Positions 1 through 12,770 of a DNA stretch of 64,000 nucleotides are shown here, in pieces. Made by a program: the position numbers and the translations under genes. Numbering within the stretch: position 1 is the first letter of the stretch; each line of letters begins with the position of its first letter. The stretch is taken from contig OZ024740.1 in NCBI GenBank assembly GCA_964016885.1, positions 414,718,001 through 414,782,000 of the forward strand, in the 5' to 3' direction. Below the pieces are notes generated by a model, which had not been told where the DNA came from, ran no database searches, and saw nothing but the letters and a program-made list of their open reading frames with translations. The DNA is from Eledone cirrhosa (Eukaryota).

Positions 1-779
1 AGAAATTTAGAAAATGTAAGAATAATTTTTTTGTTTTTAGGTTTTACATTTTTTTTTTTTTTGCATACTTTGACGAAGCTCAACTTGAACCATCTTTTAG
101 ATGTAAAAATGCAGAATGAATCAATATTGTCAATGAACTGAAGATCATCAGCATCTTTTTAAAGCAATTTATTCAAAATATAGTAAAGTTATGTGATTAT
201 GTTTATTCCAGGTATAACTGCTAGTTCAAAGATAAATTATCATCTTCGATTTATTCATATTATATAAATTGGCAAAGCTCAAATACCATCAAGGACAACT
301 TTTCCTTTCATCAATTCTCTTTCTATATCTGTCTCTCTCTCTTATGTTTGCTGCTGTCTTCTGCATGCAGGAAAGTGTGTGAAACTTTCATCACTAGCTG
401 CTAACCAAGAATGCAATGAAACCAGTTGCTGTTGATTAGCCCCATGTCAGCCATGATCAAAAGCATTCCAGCTATGACCATACCAGCTTTTTATGTACCT
501 ATGACTACATTTATCAATGTTTATATTAATCTAAAAAAAATGTTTTTTTCATTCTGAAGTTGCATTCTGAAGTTTCGGTGCTGGACTCATGATTTTAAAT
601 TAATATTAACCATTGACTAAAATTGTCTTTTCCTGCCACATGATCATTTCAAATTTTCTGGTTAAGCTCACTGCATTAAATATGTTAAAACTAGCCTATT
701 TCATGTCAGTCTGGAAGACAGGAACAAACTGAATTATCTTTTCCAATCATATGGTGACCTAATTAGCAGTGGAGGAAGG

Positions 780-1232
780 TGCTTCATGAGCATAATAGCT
801 AGCATAAGGATAGGATGGAAGAAGTTTAGTGAGCTACTCCCACTGTTGACAACAAAGGTTTCTCCTTACGTACAAAAGGACGACTGTATGATGCATGTGT
901 ACAAAATGTGACACTGTATAGTAGTGAAACAAGAGAGAAGACTGAGTTGCTAAGGGCATGTGATGTGCATGGATGATGATCACTGCATGAAGAAGTGCCA
1001 GTAAATCCCAGTAGAATGCATGAAGAAGTGTCAGGAAATCCCAGTAGAAGGAAGCTGTAGTATAGGAAAACCAAGGTAGACCTAGGCAGAAGTGGTGAGA
1101 GCTGATTTCAAATTGCTGAGACTCTCAGAGAAGATGATGAAGGAACACGATGAGTGGAGGAATACTGTACTAAAAGGGACTCGTCCAACCCATGCAAGCA
1201 TAGAAAAATGGAGATAAAAATAATGATGATGA
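780..1232 (+). mobile_element. Decayed 3' fragment of RTE-clade LINE
   Basis: Reads FSELLPLLTTKGFSLRTKGRLYDACV in a broken frame; ends with the RTE tail (acccatgcaagcatagaaaa) and (ATG)n. Confidence 0.8.
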
Positions 1233-2634
1233 TCGTTACGGTTGGGATGCTCTAAATCAGAATGATGTAAATTATAGGTTGGCTTCATCAGGGTTCAAAA
1301 TAGGAGTAAACAACACCAACAGTCCAATTTCTCTCACTGAGTTTGAGCCAACTCAAGGATATGGTAACAGACACTGACTGAAGGTGTCCCACAATGGGAT
1401 TGCAGTTAGGATCCCATGAGCTTCTTAGCCATTCAACAATGCCTGTGCCCATAATTAACAACTTAATATATAATAAATAATATGACAAAAGCGTTTAAGA
1501 CAAATATTCTTTTGTCTTTAGATAACATGATAAACAATTAAACTATGTGTTGTGAATTAAACACATCTATTATAATGGTTCAAAGAAAATTGTTTTGAAG
1601 AGTATACACATATAATTAAATTCAAATGATTCATTTAAAATACTGTGAAGTTATAGTTTAAGCTGAAGAAACATTTCACCTACACTAACACTGATAGCAA
1701 TAAAACATAAAATATTGATTTCTTAGTAATGCACAAACCACAAAAATCAATATGACTAGTGCTTATCTCCAATTTACATAAGGGTTAAGTGAATGAGGTA
1801 TAAACCTCTGCAAAAGATAGGAAATTCTATCACAGTGTACTTTCCACCTGCAGAAAATACATTTCACACTGCACAGAAAAATCACTCATCAATTCCACAG
1901 GGCAGCCACAGCTTTCAGGAGCAAATCATCCCAAAGCACCTTCTTAAAGCAAGATGGAGGTAGCTATACATAGTTAAAGGTTCGGACCATAGATAGAGTG
2001 GGACACCATACCAGTGACAAGAAGCTGCTTATTTCTGCCTGCTAGCTACCCAAAACCCTATTGAACTAAGCCACCCATGTTATAGAAAAGATGGAATGAT
2101 CATATGTGATGTTCATGTTTTTGCTAAATCACATTATTAATGTAAGTGATTTGAACTGGTTTCAATCATGAATCAAAACCACAACACACAGGCGTAGTAT
2201 CAGCTTAGCAGGAGCTTTTAACTCTACAATACGGACAAAAAAAAACAATAACAAAAACAGAATCTCCATTTAGGGGAATATCTGTTGAAATATATCATAA
2301 CTTTAAGTGCAGCTTAATAGACATTACTCTGCTTCAAATAAACAGAAACATATTTTAAAAACTACAAACTTGCATAAGATTTTCTTCCAAGATTCTCTAA
2401 ATCCACCAGACTACATACAATAACACCACAAATCTTGCTGTTAAAATGTATTCAATAAAATCAGTTCATTATTAGAAGTAAACATTTTTTTTACTCCATG
2501 AAAAGAAAAAAATATGAATAAAAATAAGAGATAACAAAAATAGAAAATATTGCTGAATTTCAATATAAAGATTTCTTCAATAGATATTACGCATATAAAT
2601 AACCAACTGGCATGTGTATGTGTATATTGTATGT

Positions 2635-3745
2635 ATATGCTGACAACAAAAGCTTCTCTCTCAGAGTGAAGGGTAGACTGTATGATGCCTGCATGTATAC
2701 TGCATTGCTACATGGCAGTGAAACATAGGCCTTAATTGCAGAAGACTTGTGAAGGTTGGATAGAAATCAAGCGAGTATGTTCCAATGGATTTGTAATGTT
2801 AGTGTGCATGAAATACGTAACATGAGTGAACTGAGGAAAACTTGCATAAGAGGAAATGGATGTAGTGTGCAAGAAAAAAGATTGTGCTGGTATGGACATG
2901 TGATGTATATAGAGGGTAGCAGCTGCATAAAGAAATACAGAGCAATACCAGTGGCTGGAACCTGTGGAAAAGGCAGACTTAGAAATACTTGAGATGAAGT
3001 GTGAAGAGCAACCTTTAGAAACTAAACCTCACAACTGAGATGACAAAGGATTGAGAGAGCTGGTGCTATGATGGAGACCTGGTGCTATGCTGTGATGATA
3101 GGGACCCAGACACAAGCATACAATAAGACCTGACCCATCCATGTGCTCCTTCCCCTCCCTCCCACTAGCACTCCCCAGCAAGTATCCTCACCAGTACTGC
3201 ACCCACCACCCATACCTACTCCAGAACCACTCCTTAACTATGCCCCCTTTAAAGTCCTTAGATATCCTCACCATTGCACCCTAGTAGCTACTCTATTAAT
3301 CACATCCCCAACACCACTATATACCCTCCCCAATAATCAGTCACTTCTACTCCATACTCCTCCCTTAACCCCCTTACCTCTCCATCATGCCCTCCCTACT
3401 CTCAACTATATCTCCATACCACCACATCCCCTTTCCCCATACACTAAAGTGGTTGGAAGCACCCAGCCCACACTGTAAAGTGGTTGTGTAGGAATCACAG
3501 CAAAAAGCACCCAGCCCACACTGTAAAGTGGTTGTGTAGGTGTCACAGCAAAAAGCACCCAGTCCACACTGTAAATGGGGTTGGGGTTAGGTAGGTCATC
3601 CAGCCATAAAAACCAAGCCAGAAACAGTTCTGTATGAGCAAAACATGGTCACCTGATTTGACTTGTCTCACAACAGGACAACTCATCTAACCCATGCTAG
3701 CATGGAAAATGGACATTAAACGGTAATGATGATGACGAAGATGAT
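2635..3745 (+). mobile_element. RTE LINE 3' portion with long 3' UTR
   Basis: ORF 2756-2992 RNQASMFQWICNVSV...RLCWYGHVM; 3' UTR has three ~48-nt modules (3458-3590) and ends in (GAT)n followed by (TA)n. Confidence 0.85.
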
Positions 3746-4128
3746 ATATATATATATGCATATGTGTGTATGTTTATATATATGTGTATGTGCGTTTATA
3801 TATATATATCATAATCATCATCGTTTTTACATCGGTTCCATGCTGGCATGGGCTGGATGGGACTTTCTGAGGCACTGTTCAACCTAAGTACTTATTTTAT
3901 CAACCTCTTCTTTGTCAAACTGCTAGTTATGGGACATAAACACAAACACACATATAAATGAAAATATAGCCCCACACTCACATAGATATGTGCACACATG
4001 TATGCACACACACACACATATATATATATATATAAGAGATGTCAACATGAATGGACCTGTTATTTTTATCTAAAGACATTTTTTCCAATTCCATCCCGCC
4101 CATCCCCTCAATCTATTTTATTTCTCAT

Positions 4129-4164
4129 TCTTCTGATGAAGGACTAGCATCTGAAATGTTAAGA
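4129..4164 (+). ncRNA. Minimal type I hammerhead ribozyme, slightly decayed, in a Penelope-like LTR remnant
   Basis: TCTT-CTGATGA-AGGA-ctagca-TCT-GAAA-TGTT-AAGA; stem I is TCTT/AAGA; a more decayed relative with similar downstream flank lies at 44845-44890. Confidence 0.55.
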
Positions 4165-4356
4165 CTCTCTTCCTGCTATTTCAAGCATTAACCTAATATA
4201 TTCCTTCCATATACTGTACCGATTGTGTTGTTATTTCTGTTTACCTTTTACATACATATATTACCAGTCTAACTACCAGTCTAACCCATGTTAGCACGGA
4301 AGAACAGACGTAAAACGGTGATGATGATGATTAATATATATATATATATATATATA

Positions 4357-4876
4357 TAAAGGAAAAGAATGACTTCACTTGTAGTTCTAAACAATTTGAT
4401 TTAATTTTATAATATTAGGATTTGGTAGATCTACCAAATCATATGGCTTAGTGGTTAGAGCATTGGCCTTGCAATCGAAAGATTGTGAGTTCAATTCTCA
4501 GACTGGGTGATGTGTTGTTTCCTTGAGCAAGACACTTTATTTCACATTGCTCCAGTTTACTCAGCTGTAGAAATGAGATGATAGGACTGGGGTCCATATC
4601 ATTCAACTGCAAAGTTGTCGTGGAGGTGCCATGGCAAAAAAGCACCCAGCCACACTGTAAAGTGGACGTGTAGGCGCCACAGAAAAAAAAAGCACCCAGC
4701 AGTCACTGGAAATAAGGTTGGTGTTAGGAAGGGCATCCAGCTGTAGAAATCAAGCCAGAATCATTTCCCGTCCCACCCTTGCCATCAAGGAAAAGTGGAC
4801 ATAAAATGATGATATATATATATATATATAAATCAAATTGCTTAGACCTACAAGTGAAGTAATTCTTTTCCTTTTT
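4357..4876. repeat. Fold-back (inverted) repeat interrupted by a SINE
   Basis: 4357-4402 is the near reverse complement of 4830-4876; perfect 22-nt palindrome GATTTGGTAGATCTACCAAATC at 4419-4440 marks the axis. Confidence 0.75.
4441..4812 (+). mobile_element. tRNA-head SINE with CORE-like middle and RTE-derived tail
   Basis: A box TGGCTTAGTGG, B box GAGTTCAATTC, ccttgagcaagacactt central block, RTE tail, (ATG)n then (TA)n. Confidence 0.85.
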
Positions 4877-4921
4877 TAAATATACTTAACTATATCAAGG
4901 ATTTCAAACATTTTGCTATAT

Positions 4922-5259
4922 ATCATCATCATCATTTTACGTCCGCTTTTCCCTGCTTGCAAGGGTGGGACGGGAACTGATTCTGGCTTGATTTCTACAG
5001 CTGGATGCCCTTCCTAACACCAACCTCATTTACAGTGAGTGGTGGGTGCTTTTTTGCCGTGGCACCTCCACGACCACTTTGCAGTGGAATGATATGGACC
5101 CCAGTCCCTATCATCTCATTTCTACAGCTGAGTAAACTGGAGCAATGTGAAATAAAGTGTCTTGCTCAAGGAAACAACACATCACCCGGTCTGAGAATTG
5201 AACTCACAACCTTTCAATTGCAAGGCCAATGCTCTAACCACTAAGCCATGTGCCTCCAT
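4922..5259 (-). mobile_element. Same tRNA/CORE-like/RTE-tail SINE, young copy
   Basis: Almost identical to the copy at 39411-39752 (the 79-aa ORF translations differ at only two residues); flanked by TA repeats. Confidence 0.9.
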
Positions 5260-5265
5260 ATATAT

Positions 5266-6021
5266 ATCATCATCATCATCATCATCAACGTTTAACGTCC
5301 GTGTTCCACGCTTGCATGGGTTTGGACGGGGGTAGTCCCACTTGAGGCAAGAGTGATTGTCTTGCTCGCATAGGACTGTCTGGCAGGTTTTCTACAGTTG
5401 GATGCCCTTCCTAACACCAACCACATTTACAGTGTGGGTCTGGGAGGTTTTTACCGTGTTGCCTACACGGCCACATTACAGCGTGGACTGTGTGTTTTTT
5501 GTCGTGACACCTACACGATCTCATTTGTTTCGGCCTCGATGGCGCGGCACCAACATAACTTTACATAGAACGGGGTGGTGTGGATCGGGTGGGGGTGGTG
5601 GGACGGGGTGTATTTGTTAGAGATGCCTACTGGCTGGAGTAGGTTTTACTATATATTTAGGTAAGGCGGGTCTTCTCTGTTACTGAGTACCGCCAAAGGT
5701 CTCGGTCCAGTGACATTGTCTTGGAGAGGTGTAAGTGTGTGATGTCGGAGTTTATCAGCTCGTCCCAGGTTTTTCTAGGTCTGCCTATTCCGTGACTACC
5801 GTCTATCTTTATTGCCCTGCACTTTGTTATACAGCTATCGACTTTCATGCGCATCACGTGTCCATACCAACGTAGCCTTCTCTCGAGTAAACAACATCTG
5901 ATCCCTCTTATCTCTAATTTATTCCTTAGTTCGTTTATGCTTTGCCGTTCACGTATATTACTGTTACACATCCAGCGGAGCATGCAAGCTTCGTTCCTCT
6001 CTAGTCTGCGTATATCCTCTG

Positions 6022-6025
<4 letters not shown>
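5266..6025 (-). mobile_element. 5'-truncated RTE LINE inserted in (TA)n
   Basis: Frame [19 protein letters not shown]...[10 protein letters not shown]...GRPRKTWDE...EKTRLT*; 3' UTR; (ATG)n tail. Confidence 0.92.
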
Positions 6026-6103
<78 letters not shown>

Positions 6104-6223
6104 TATATATAAATATAAATATATATATAAATATAAATATATATATAAATATAAATATATATATAAATATATATAAATATATATAAAGAGAGAGAGACAC
6201 ACACACCTATATATATATATATA
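6026..6223. repeat. (TA)n / TATAAA microsatellite
   Basis: Directly visible; source of the YIYI ORFs. Confidence 0.97.
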
Positions 6224-6640
6224 TCGTGACCTTTGGCGGTACTCAGTAACAGAGAAGACCCGCCTTGCCAGTAGGCATCTCTAACAAAATACACCCCGTC
6301 CCGCCACCACCCCCACCCCATCCACACCACCCCGTTCTATGTAAAGTTATGTTGGTGCCGCGCCATCCAGGCCGAAACAAATGAGATCGTGTAGGTGTCA
6401 CGACAAAAAAACACACAGTCCACGCTGTAATGTGGCCGTGTAGGCAACACGGTAAAAACCTCCCAGACCCACACTGTAAATGTGGTTGGTGTTAGGAAGG
6501 GCATCCAACTGTAGAAAACCTGCCAGACAGTCCTATGCGAGCAAGACAATCACTCTTGCCTCAAGTGGGACTACCCCCGTCCAAACCCATGCAAGCGTGG
6601 AACACGGACGTTAAACGTTGATGATGATGATGATGATGAT
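6224..6640 (+). mobile_element. 5'-truncated RTE LINE 3' end, inverted partner of 5266-5701
   Basis: Near-exact reverse complement of 5266-5701 except for a 28-nt indel. Confidence 0.92.
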
Positions 6641-7722
6641 ATATATATATATATATATATACCATTATAACAAATTTTTCGTTACAACAAATTTTTTTTA
6701 TACCCTGTGAATTTTGTTATAACCGAATTATATATATATTGATGAAACACTTCCCTTAAGAAGTGTTTGATCACAGACAATCCTTATTAAACATAAAATC
6801 TCTTCTATTATATTTCCATTCACATTATTTGACTGGAACTTTATTTAATCAATGCTGGGTTGACCCCCACCAAGAACTCAGAACCTTAAGAATGTAACTA
6901 AATACTGCAGGTATTTTGTTCAATGCTCTAATGATTTTACTAACACACTGCGTAAAAAAAAAAAATCAATCAATATCATTTTCTCATATTGGTTTTATTC
7001 AACAAGATTTTCATATCAATTTAAAGAGATATTCAAAATTAGTTTATTTGTTAGAGTAGGTCATAGGAATCGGTCATAAGTGAATGAAACTAGGAAACAA
7101 AAAGCAGATTTGAATTATACAAATTAAACTCACATGACACTGGTTTCGATACAATTTGTAAATTGACACAAAACATGTGAAGAATAAGTGCGATAAGACA
7201 AAAATATTGATTTCTTCTTGAGATACACAAAGTCTTGGTTACATGGAGAAAATAAAGCAAATTTCCTGCCAACCAGTCTCAAGAGTATTATGACTATAAG
7301 TGAAGTAAACTAACTATACCTGAAAACTAAAAACTGGGATTTGGACTGGCTTCAACAAGGCCCAACCAATAAAATAGTTCAAATAAACCAGATAGATTAG
7401 ATTGGTAACATATCTCACAGCCTACTCATAGATCATCAGTTAAAATCCACAGCTACAACAATCATTTCATTGGTGGTGTTTCTGAACATAACACTTTATT
7501 TCACATTGCTAGAGTTCATTTCCCTATCAGAAATGGACACCAGATCAGTCTGGGAGTGGTATCGGTAATAGAATACTAACCAAAGATGTAATTCTCATCC
7601 ATTTCATAGCATGAAACCAGAGGTAAGCACCAGCCCTTAGAAGCCCCTTGGGGTATGAAACAGTTCTAGTCCTGTAAAAGTCATTTCTATATAAAATAAA
7701 TAAATAAATATATATATACATA

Positions 7723-8609
7723 CAGGGTGCGGACGATATCTGTTCGCAAGATTACTGTCTAGGAAAAAGTAACACAGTAGTTTTATTTTTTAAGATATAT
7801 TTATCAAACTTGTGTCAGTTTGTCTTCATGACTTGTTCTTTCGATCTCACTCGATAAACTCGCCATTAGCTTTGATGACGGCTTCAAGGCGGCCTTGGAA
7901 CCGGCTACAGGCCTTTGTCACTGTCCCCCGACTTAGGCCCCTAAAGGCACTTGTGATCCTGGCCTTCAGATCATCTTTCGTATTGCAGCTAAATCTGTTG
8001 GTGTCTCGTTCCACTGCGCCCCACACAAAGAAGTCGAGGGGGTTGCAGTCAGGCGAGCTGGGAGGCCAGATGAAGTGTGGTCGACGAAGTTCTGACAGCC
8101 AGGCTTGGGTCTTTCGGCTGGTATGGCAGGGCGCTGAGTCTTGCTGCCACATGTACGGCCTACCTGCAGCTACCTAGTTGATCCAGGGCTTTACTACCTC
8201 GCTCAGAACGCGGATGTAGCCATCGGTGTTCAGCTTTAGGCCCTCAGGGAAGAAGTGAGGTGGCATCACGTCACCTTGACTGCTGACGACACCTAAGATC
8301 AATGTTGTCGCTGGAAACTTTGTCTGCATGACTCTGGGCACGTCTTTGGATGAGACAGCGAGCCACTTATTGTTCTGGGAGTTGATCTTCTGGTCTTATT
8401 TGTCCTCCCGGCGCGGATTCCAAGAAGAACTCCGTGTCTCTTCCACAAATTTGGAGGTTCAAAATTATTCATAATCAATTATTCTGAAAATAAATAATGG
8501 AAATATAGTCACTGTTTTTATGAAAACAAGAGTGGAAGAAAACGGAAGTAAAAAAAATTTGCATAAAATTAGCAGTTGAAAATTGCGAACAAATATTGTC
8601 CGCACCTTG
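7723..8609 (-). mobile_element. Internally deleted Tc1/mariner-superfamily transposon (maT-like)
   Basis: TIRs CAGGGTGCGGACGATATCTGTTCGCAA / TTGCGAACAAATATTGTCCGCACCTTG with TA on both sides; transposase C-terminus WQQDSAPCH...WPPSSPDCNPLDFFVWG (7847-8400) with an in-frame stop. Confidence 0.93.
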
Positions 8610-8619
8610 TATATATATT

Positions 8620-9410
8620 ATCAATCCCACGGCCTTTTCCAGGACCAAGACTGGTGGCCAGAAAGAAGGAGTTATATGCAGACAAGAGACCTGGTCTAAA
8701 TGTTTGCCACAGCATAGGTTCTACTAAAGATAACCTAATACCAGGTAGCAGTGTTAAACTAGGCAGTCCAAGTAAGAGTAAGATAAGTGTAGAAGAAATT
8801 CAATAAATCTATATGTAAATCTAAGAAGACAAAAAAATCATGACATGCCAAGGTCAGAGTATACAAGGTAAGTATGAGAAATGCAACATGTAATGGTGAG
8901 AAATGGACACCAAGTGTACAAGAGTTGCAGAAGCTGAAAAGGAATTAAGTAAATATGATCCATTAAATATGAGATATTAATGTGGATTAAAAACAGAATC
9001 CAGGAAAGATAAGAAAGCAGCTTATTTCTAGATGTTTCAAGCAAAGAGCAAGTCATGAAAGTAGTTGAGACTCTTAGCATAGTACAAGACAGATTAGTTT
9101 GAATAAGATGTCTTATGAAATATTTCTAGTGAAAAGGTATTTGACAGGGTGGGCACCGAGAACATAAGTATATGACTAGCTCATGAGTGCAGTTCAAGTT
9201 ATGTGTGATATTGCTGTGAGCAAAATAAGAATTGTCAGCAAGGAATTTAGTATACACCATGGCTATGTCTGCACCGACTTTTAATTAATTATTGCTTTTA
9301 ATGCAACATAACCTAAGTATTCAAAATTGGATATCATTGGAAATATCAGCATGCTTATGACCAAGACCTTATTGCAGAATCTGTTAAAGAGCTGCCTCTT
9401 GACTTGGAAA
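8620..9410 (+). mobile_element. Highly decayed RTE RT remnant
   Basis: Broken frames resembling the RGIKL..DH and WKYQHAYDQDL (YADD-region) segments of the other RTE copies. Confidence 0.45.
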
Positions 9411-11060
9411 AATGAGGAAGTAGAAGTAGTACAGGGTTTAGTGAAACACAATGAGAAAGATGGCAGAAATCTGTGTTTAGATGGAAAGGGAATTCAGTCA
9501 GAGAGTTCAGAAAAGTCGATGTTGTTGTAAAAAAATTTTCTAAAAGAAACTAGGTAAGGTGAAGGTATTTCAAAGTTGAGCAAAAGTAGATTTTTAATAA
9601 AAATTTTGGCTTATTTAGTTCCAAATTTCATATGATATTTTTTCTTCTTTCTATACATTCCATAGCTCTATGTAAAATATCTGAAATAGAATCAAAAGTG
9701 ATATGAAGTAAAAATGAAAGTCAAAGTAGTTATTGATTAATAGTTTCTGTATGAAGTTTACAGAACCAAAAATTGACTGAAAATACTTTAATAACATTAT
9801 GTCTCTATCTCAAAAGAAATTAGCAATAGAACTATTCAGTTAACGGCTGTTATTGAAAAGTAGCTGCCTGTTAATGCTTTTGGATATGTTCTAAAACTCT
9901 GAGATAAGTAAACAGTTCAAAAGTATTTCCTTGGTTCTGATTAACATCATTGACTTTAATGTCTGTTTTCCTGTTGGCTGTCAAGGGAATATATTATACA
10001 GCACCATACTTTACAAATCTTTGCCATATCTTAACTCATGTACATTTTGCTATCATTTTTTTCTCCCAGTATTCATCCATCAATCTGATTTAAAGGCCCA
10101 TATCCGTCAATGCCTTTTTATGCTTGCTCATTTTTCTCACCACAAATGCATTTAATCTGTAAAAGAAACTCACACTGCACACTTTCTTAATGCAAATCAG
10201 AAGATAAAAGGCTATACCCATGACCTTTTTGCAGAGACTCAATGACTGGTGAAAAAGGGGTAAAAGAACCTTCAAGCTGGAGATGTTCACCAATTGCTTA
10301 CAACAGAGTGGATTCCACTAAAAGTACCCAAGAGACAGGCAATGGTGATGGTGGTGGTGGTGATGGTGTAAAACCAGGAAACAGATTAAATTTATTACTT
10401 AAGAATAAGTAGAACTTATCCAATATGCTTCTCCACAGTTTTCACCTACCAGGTAGAACTCACAAAGTGTGAGTCAACCAGAGGATAAGATAGATAATAC
10501 TTTCTTAAGATACCACATAGTGGGATTCAATGTGACTGCAAAGCAAACTTCTTAACCACATGATGCGTGACTATAATAAATTTGTTCTCTAATAATTATT
10601 GAGTGACCTTCATTGCCCAGATTTCACTGCAATACAACTGTTCACTTCTAATATACACACAAAACATATTCATTTATCGTGCAGAAAATTAATTTCATTG
10701 TTGAATTCATTATATTAATGAGTTCACAAAGAGCAGAAAGAAGTCATATAATTAAAATTTTTAAATATCTCACAAAAAAGGTTAAGAAAATTAAGTTATG
10801 ATCCAAATTTAAATGCAAGTATCCCTGAGCAGAGAAAGCACACATCTCTGTTTGCCCTAGTATTACTGCCTAACAACAATGGTTAGCAACCTGAAGACAC
10901 ACCCAGTTACATAAACAATTGCTCCAGTAATTTGCAAACATTTCTTTTTTTAAATAAACATCATATTTATGATAATACAGAAATAAAATGGACAAACAAC
11001 AACAATGAACAAGAAAATGTCTAAAAGTCTTAAATTCCTTAATCTGTTAGCTTCCATAAA

Positions 11061-11500
11061 TATTGATTTCTACTTTAGACACAAGGCCAGCAAATTTGGG
11101 GGAAGACCAAAGTTGATTAAATCAACCCCAGTACTTGACTGGTACTATATTTTATTGACCACAGAAGTATGAAAGACAAAGTTGACCTTGGCAGGATTTG
11201 AATTTAGAACGTAAAGATCTAGAACAAATAGTGCAATGGTATTTTATCCAATGCTTTAACCCTTTAGCATTCACATTACTCTATATATGCTATTGTATTT
11301 TTGCAGTAAAGGCTTTATCTTATATAATTATCTCACATAATATCGAATCTATAAGATTTTGATATTATTTATTTTCAGAACAATACTTTATATGAGTGGT
11401 TAGTTAGGGCTGGTTTGAACAGAAAGGGGTGAGAGAATTCTGGCCGGTTACGGCCAGTTTAAATGCTAAAGGGTTAAGCATTCTGCCACTCCACTACCCT
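11061..11500 (-). mobile_element. tRNA-derived SINE (family with gcctttcatcc...gtcgataaaataaagtaccag core) interrupted by a TTAA MITE
   Basis: Matches the SINE consensus seen at 30147-30332; its 5' head resumes at 11478 after the MITE. Confidence 0.75.
11260..11473 (+). mobile_element. piggyBac-type MITE
   Basis: TTAA|CCCTTTAGCATT...AATGCTAAAGGG|TTAA; related copies at 13175, 29990, 32056 and 33500. Confidence 0.9.
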
Positions 11501-11559
11501 CCAGCCTTCATAAATATCAATGGTGACAGGACTACAAGGATAGGCTACATACTGTTCTG

Positions 11560-12770
11560 AAGGTATCTCTCCTCCCACACCCCTCATCCTGTAAAATGCC
11601 TTCACACTTGATACCCACCTATGACATACACCCCATCCATAGAGTAGAGAGAGTTCTTCAGCTGAGTCAATGACAACATCCTCTCCAATGCTAGTGCCAC
11701 TATAAATGCACTCAGTAGATCCTATAAGGTGATGTGTAATAAGAAGAGAACCTGGCTGCAGAAACCATGCCAAAAGGGTCGAGAAGACTCTTTGGTTGTG
11801 CCATAGTCATGAAAACCCCCTATTGTTGGTGTTCTACATGACATATATAAAGAGATTAGTGATAGGAAAGGCAACCAGCAGCAGAGAAAACTTTTCGAAC
11901 AAAGGGTTGGGAGAACCCTTAAACTGTGTCAAAGACATGGCAACTTCCCTAGTGCTAGTGCCCCAATAAGATGCACTCAGTAAGCAAAATACAAGACCCT
12001 GACCCATCTGAGAGGTCAGTAGCTCTACTCAAGTACTGACCCTTGCTAGTAGAGAAAACGGATTTATGATGATGATGCCAATATGCCCCCATCCCCTCCC
12101 ACTGCAAAGTGGTCATGGACGTGTCACAACAAAAAAGCACCCAGTCCACACTGTAAAGTGGACGTGTAGGCGCCATGGAAAAGAAGCACCCAGCATTCAC
12201 TGTAAATGAGGTTGGTGTTAAGAAGGGCATCCAGCTGTAGAAATCAAGCCAGAATCAGTTCACATATGAGCAAGACAAGGTCAGTCGACCTAACATTGCC
12301 CACAACAGGACAACCCATTTAACCAATGTAAGCGTGGAAGAATGGACATAAAACGGTGATGATGATGATGATGATGATGAAAACAGAGGATGTGTGAAAG
12401 TTCAAAAGAAATGAGGCTAGCATGCTCCACTGGATGTGTAATGTACAACCATTGAAGCCTACATGAGTTGAAGGAAAAACTGTGCATAAGAGAAATAAGA
12501 TGAAGTGTGCAAGAGAGAAGCTAATACTAATACACACACGTGATGTGCATGGTGGTGCCCACAGGATAAAGAAGTTTCAGCAGCTTAATATAGAAAGTAA
12601 CTGCACAAGTGAAAGACCAATAAAACTTGGACAGGAATAATGTGAGCTGATGCCAGGCTGTTGAACCTCACAAAGGAGATGAAGGAACAGGACACATGGA
12701 GGGAAGTTGCGATGAAGAAAATTTGTCCAACATTACATGCATGGAAAAAAAGACGTAAAATGATGCTGGT
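11560..12770 (+). mobile_element. Stack of RTE 3' UTR/tail fragments and a decayed RTE ORF end
   Basis: aagaagggcatccagctgtagaaa tail motif, (GAT)n tails, and an RNEASMLHWMCNV remnant at about 12390-12760. Confidence 0.7.

Noticed and set aside
69-154. Possible minus-strand exon (aag|ATGCTGATG...GTCAAA|gtatgc; DADDLQFIDNIDSFCIFTSKRWFKLSFVK)
   Set aside because: Weak acceptor, no recognisable protein similarity, cannot be linked to other exons
3143-3478. Pro-rich 111-aa ORF
   Set aside because: C-rich 3' UTR of an RTE LINE
6739-6785. TGATGA-stem-GATC motif resembling a variant hammerhead
   Set aside because: Explained as a simple hairpin (TGAT pairs with ATCA); no GAAA and no stem I
7400-7450. 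Minus-strand CTGATGA...GAGATATGTT motif
   Set aside because: Core and stems too degenerate to call a hammerhead
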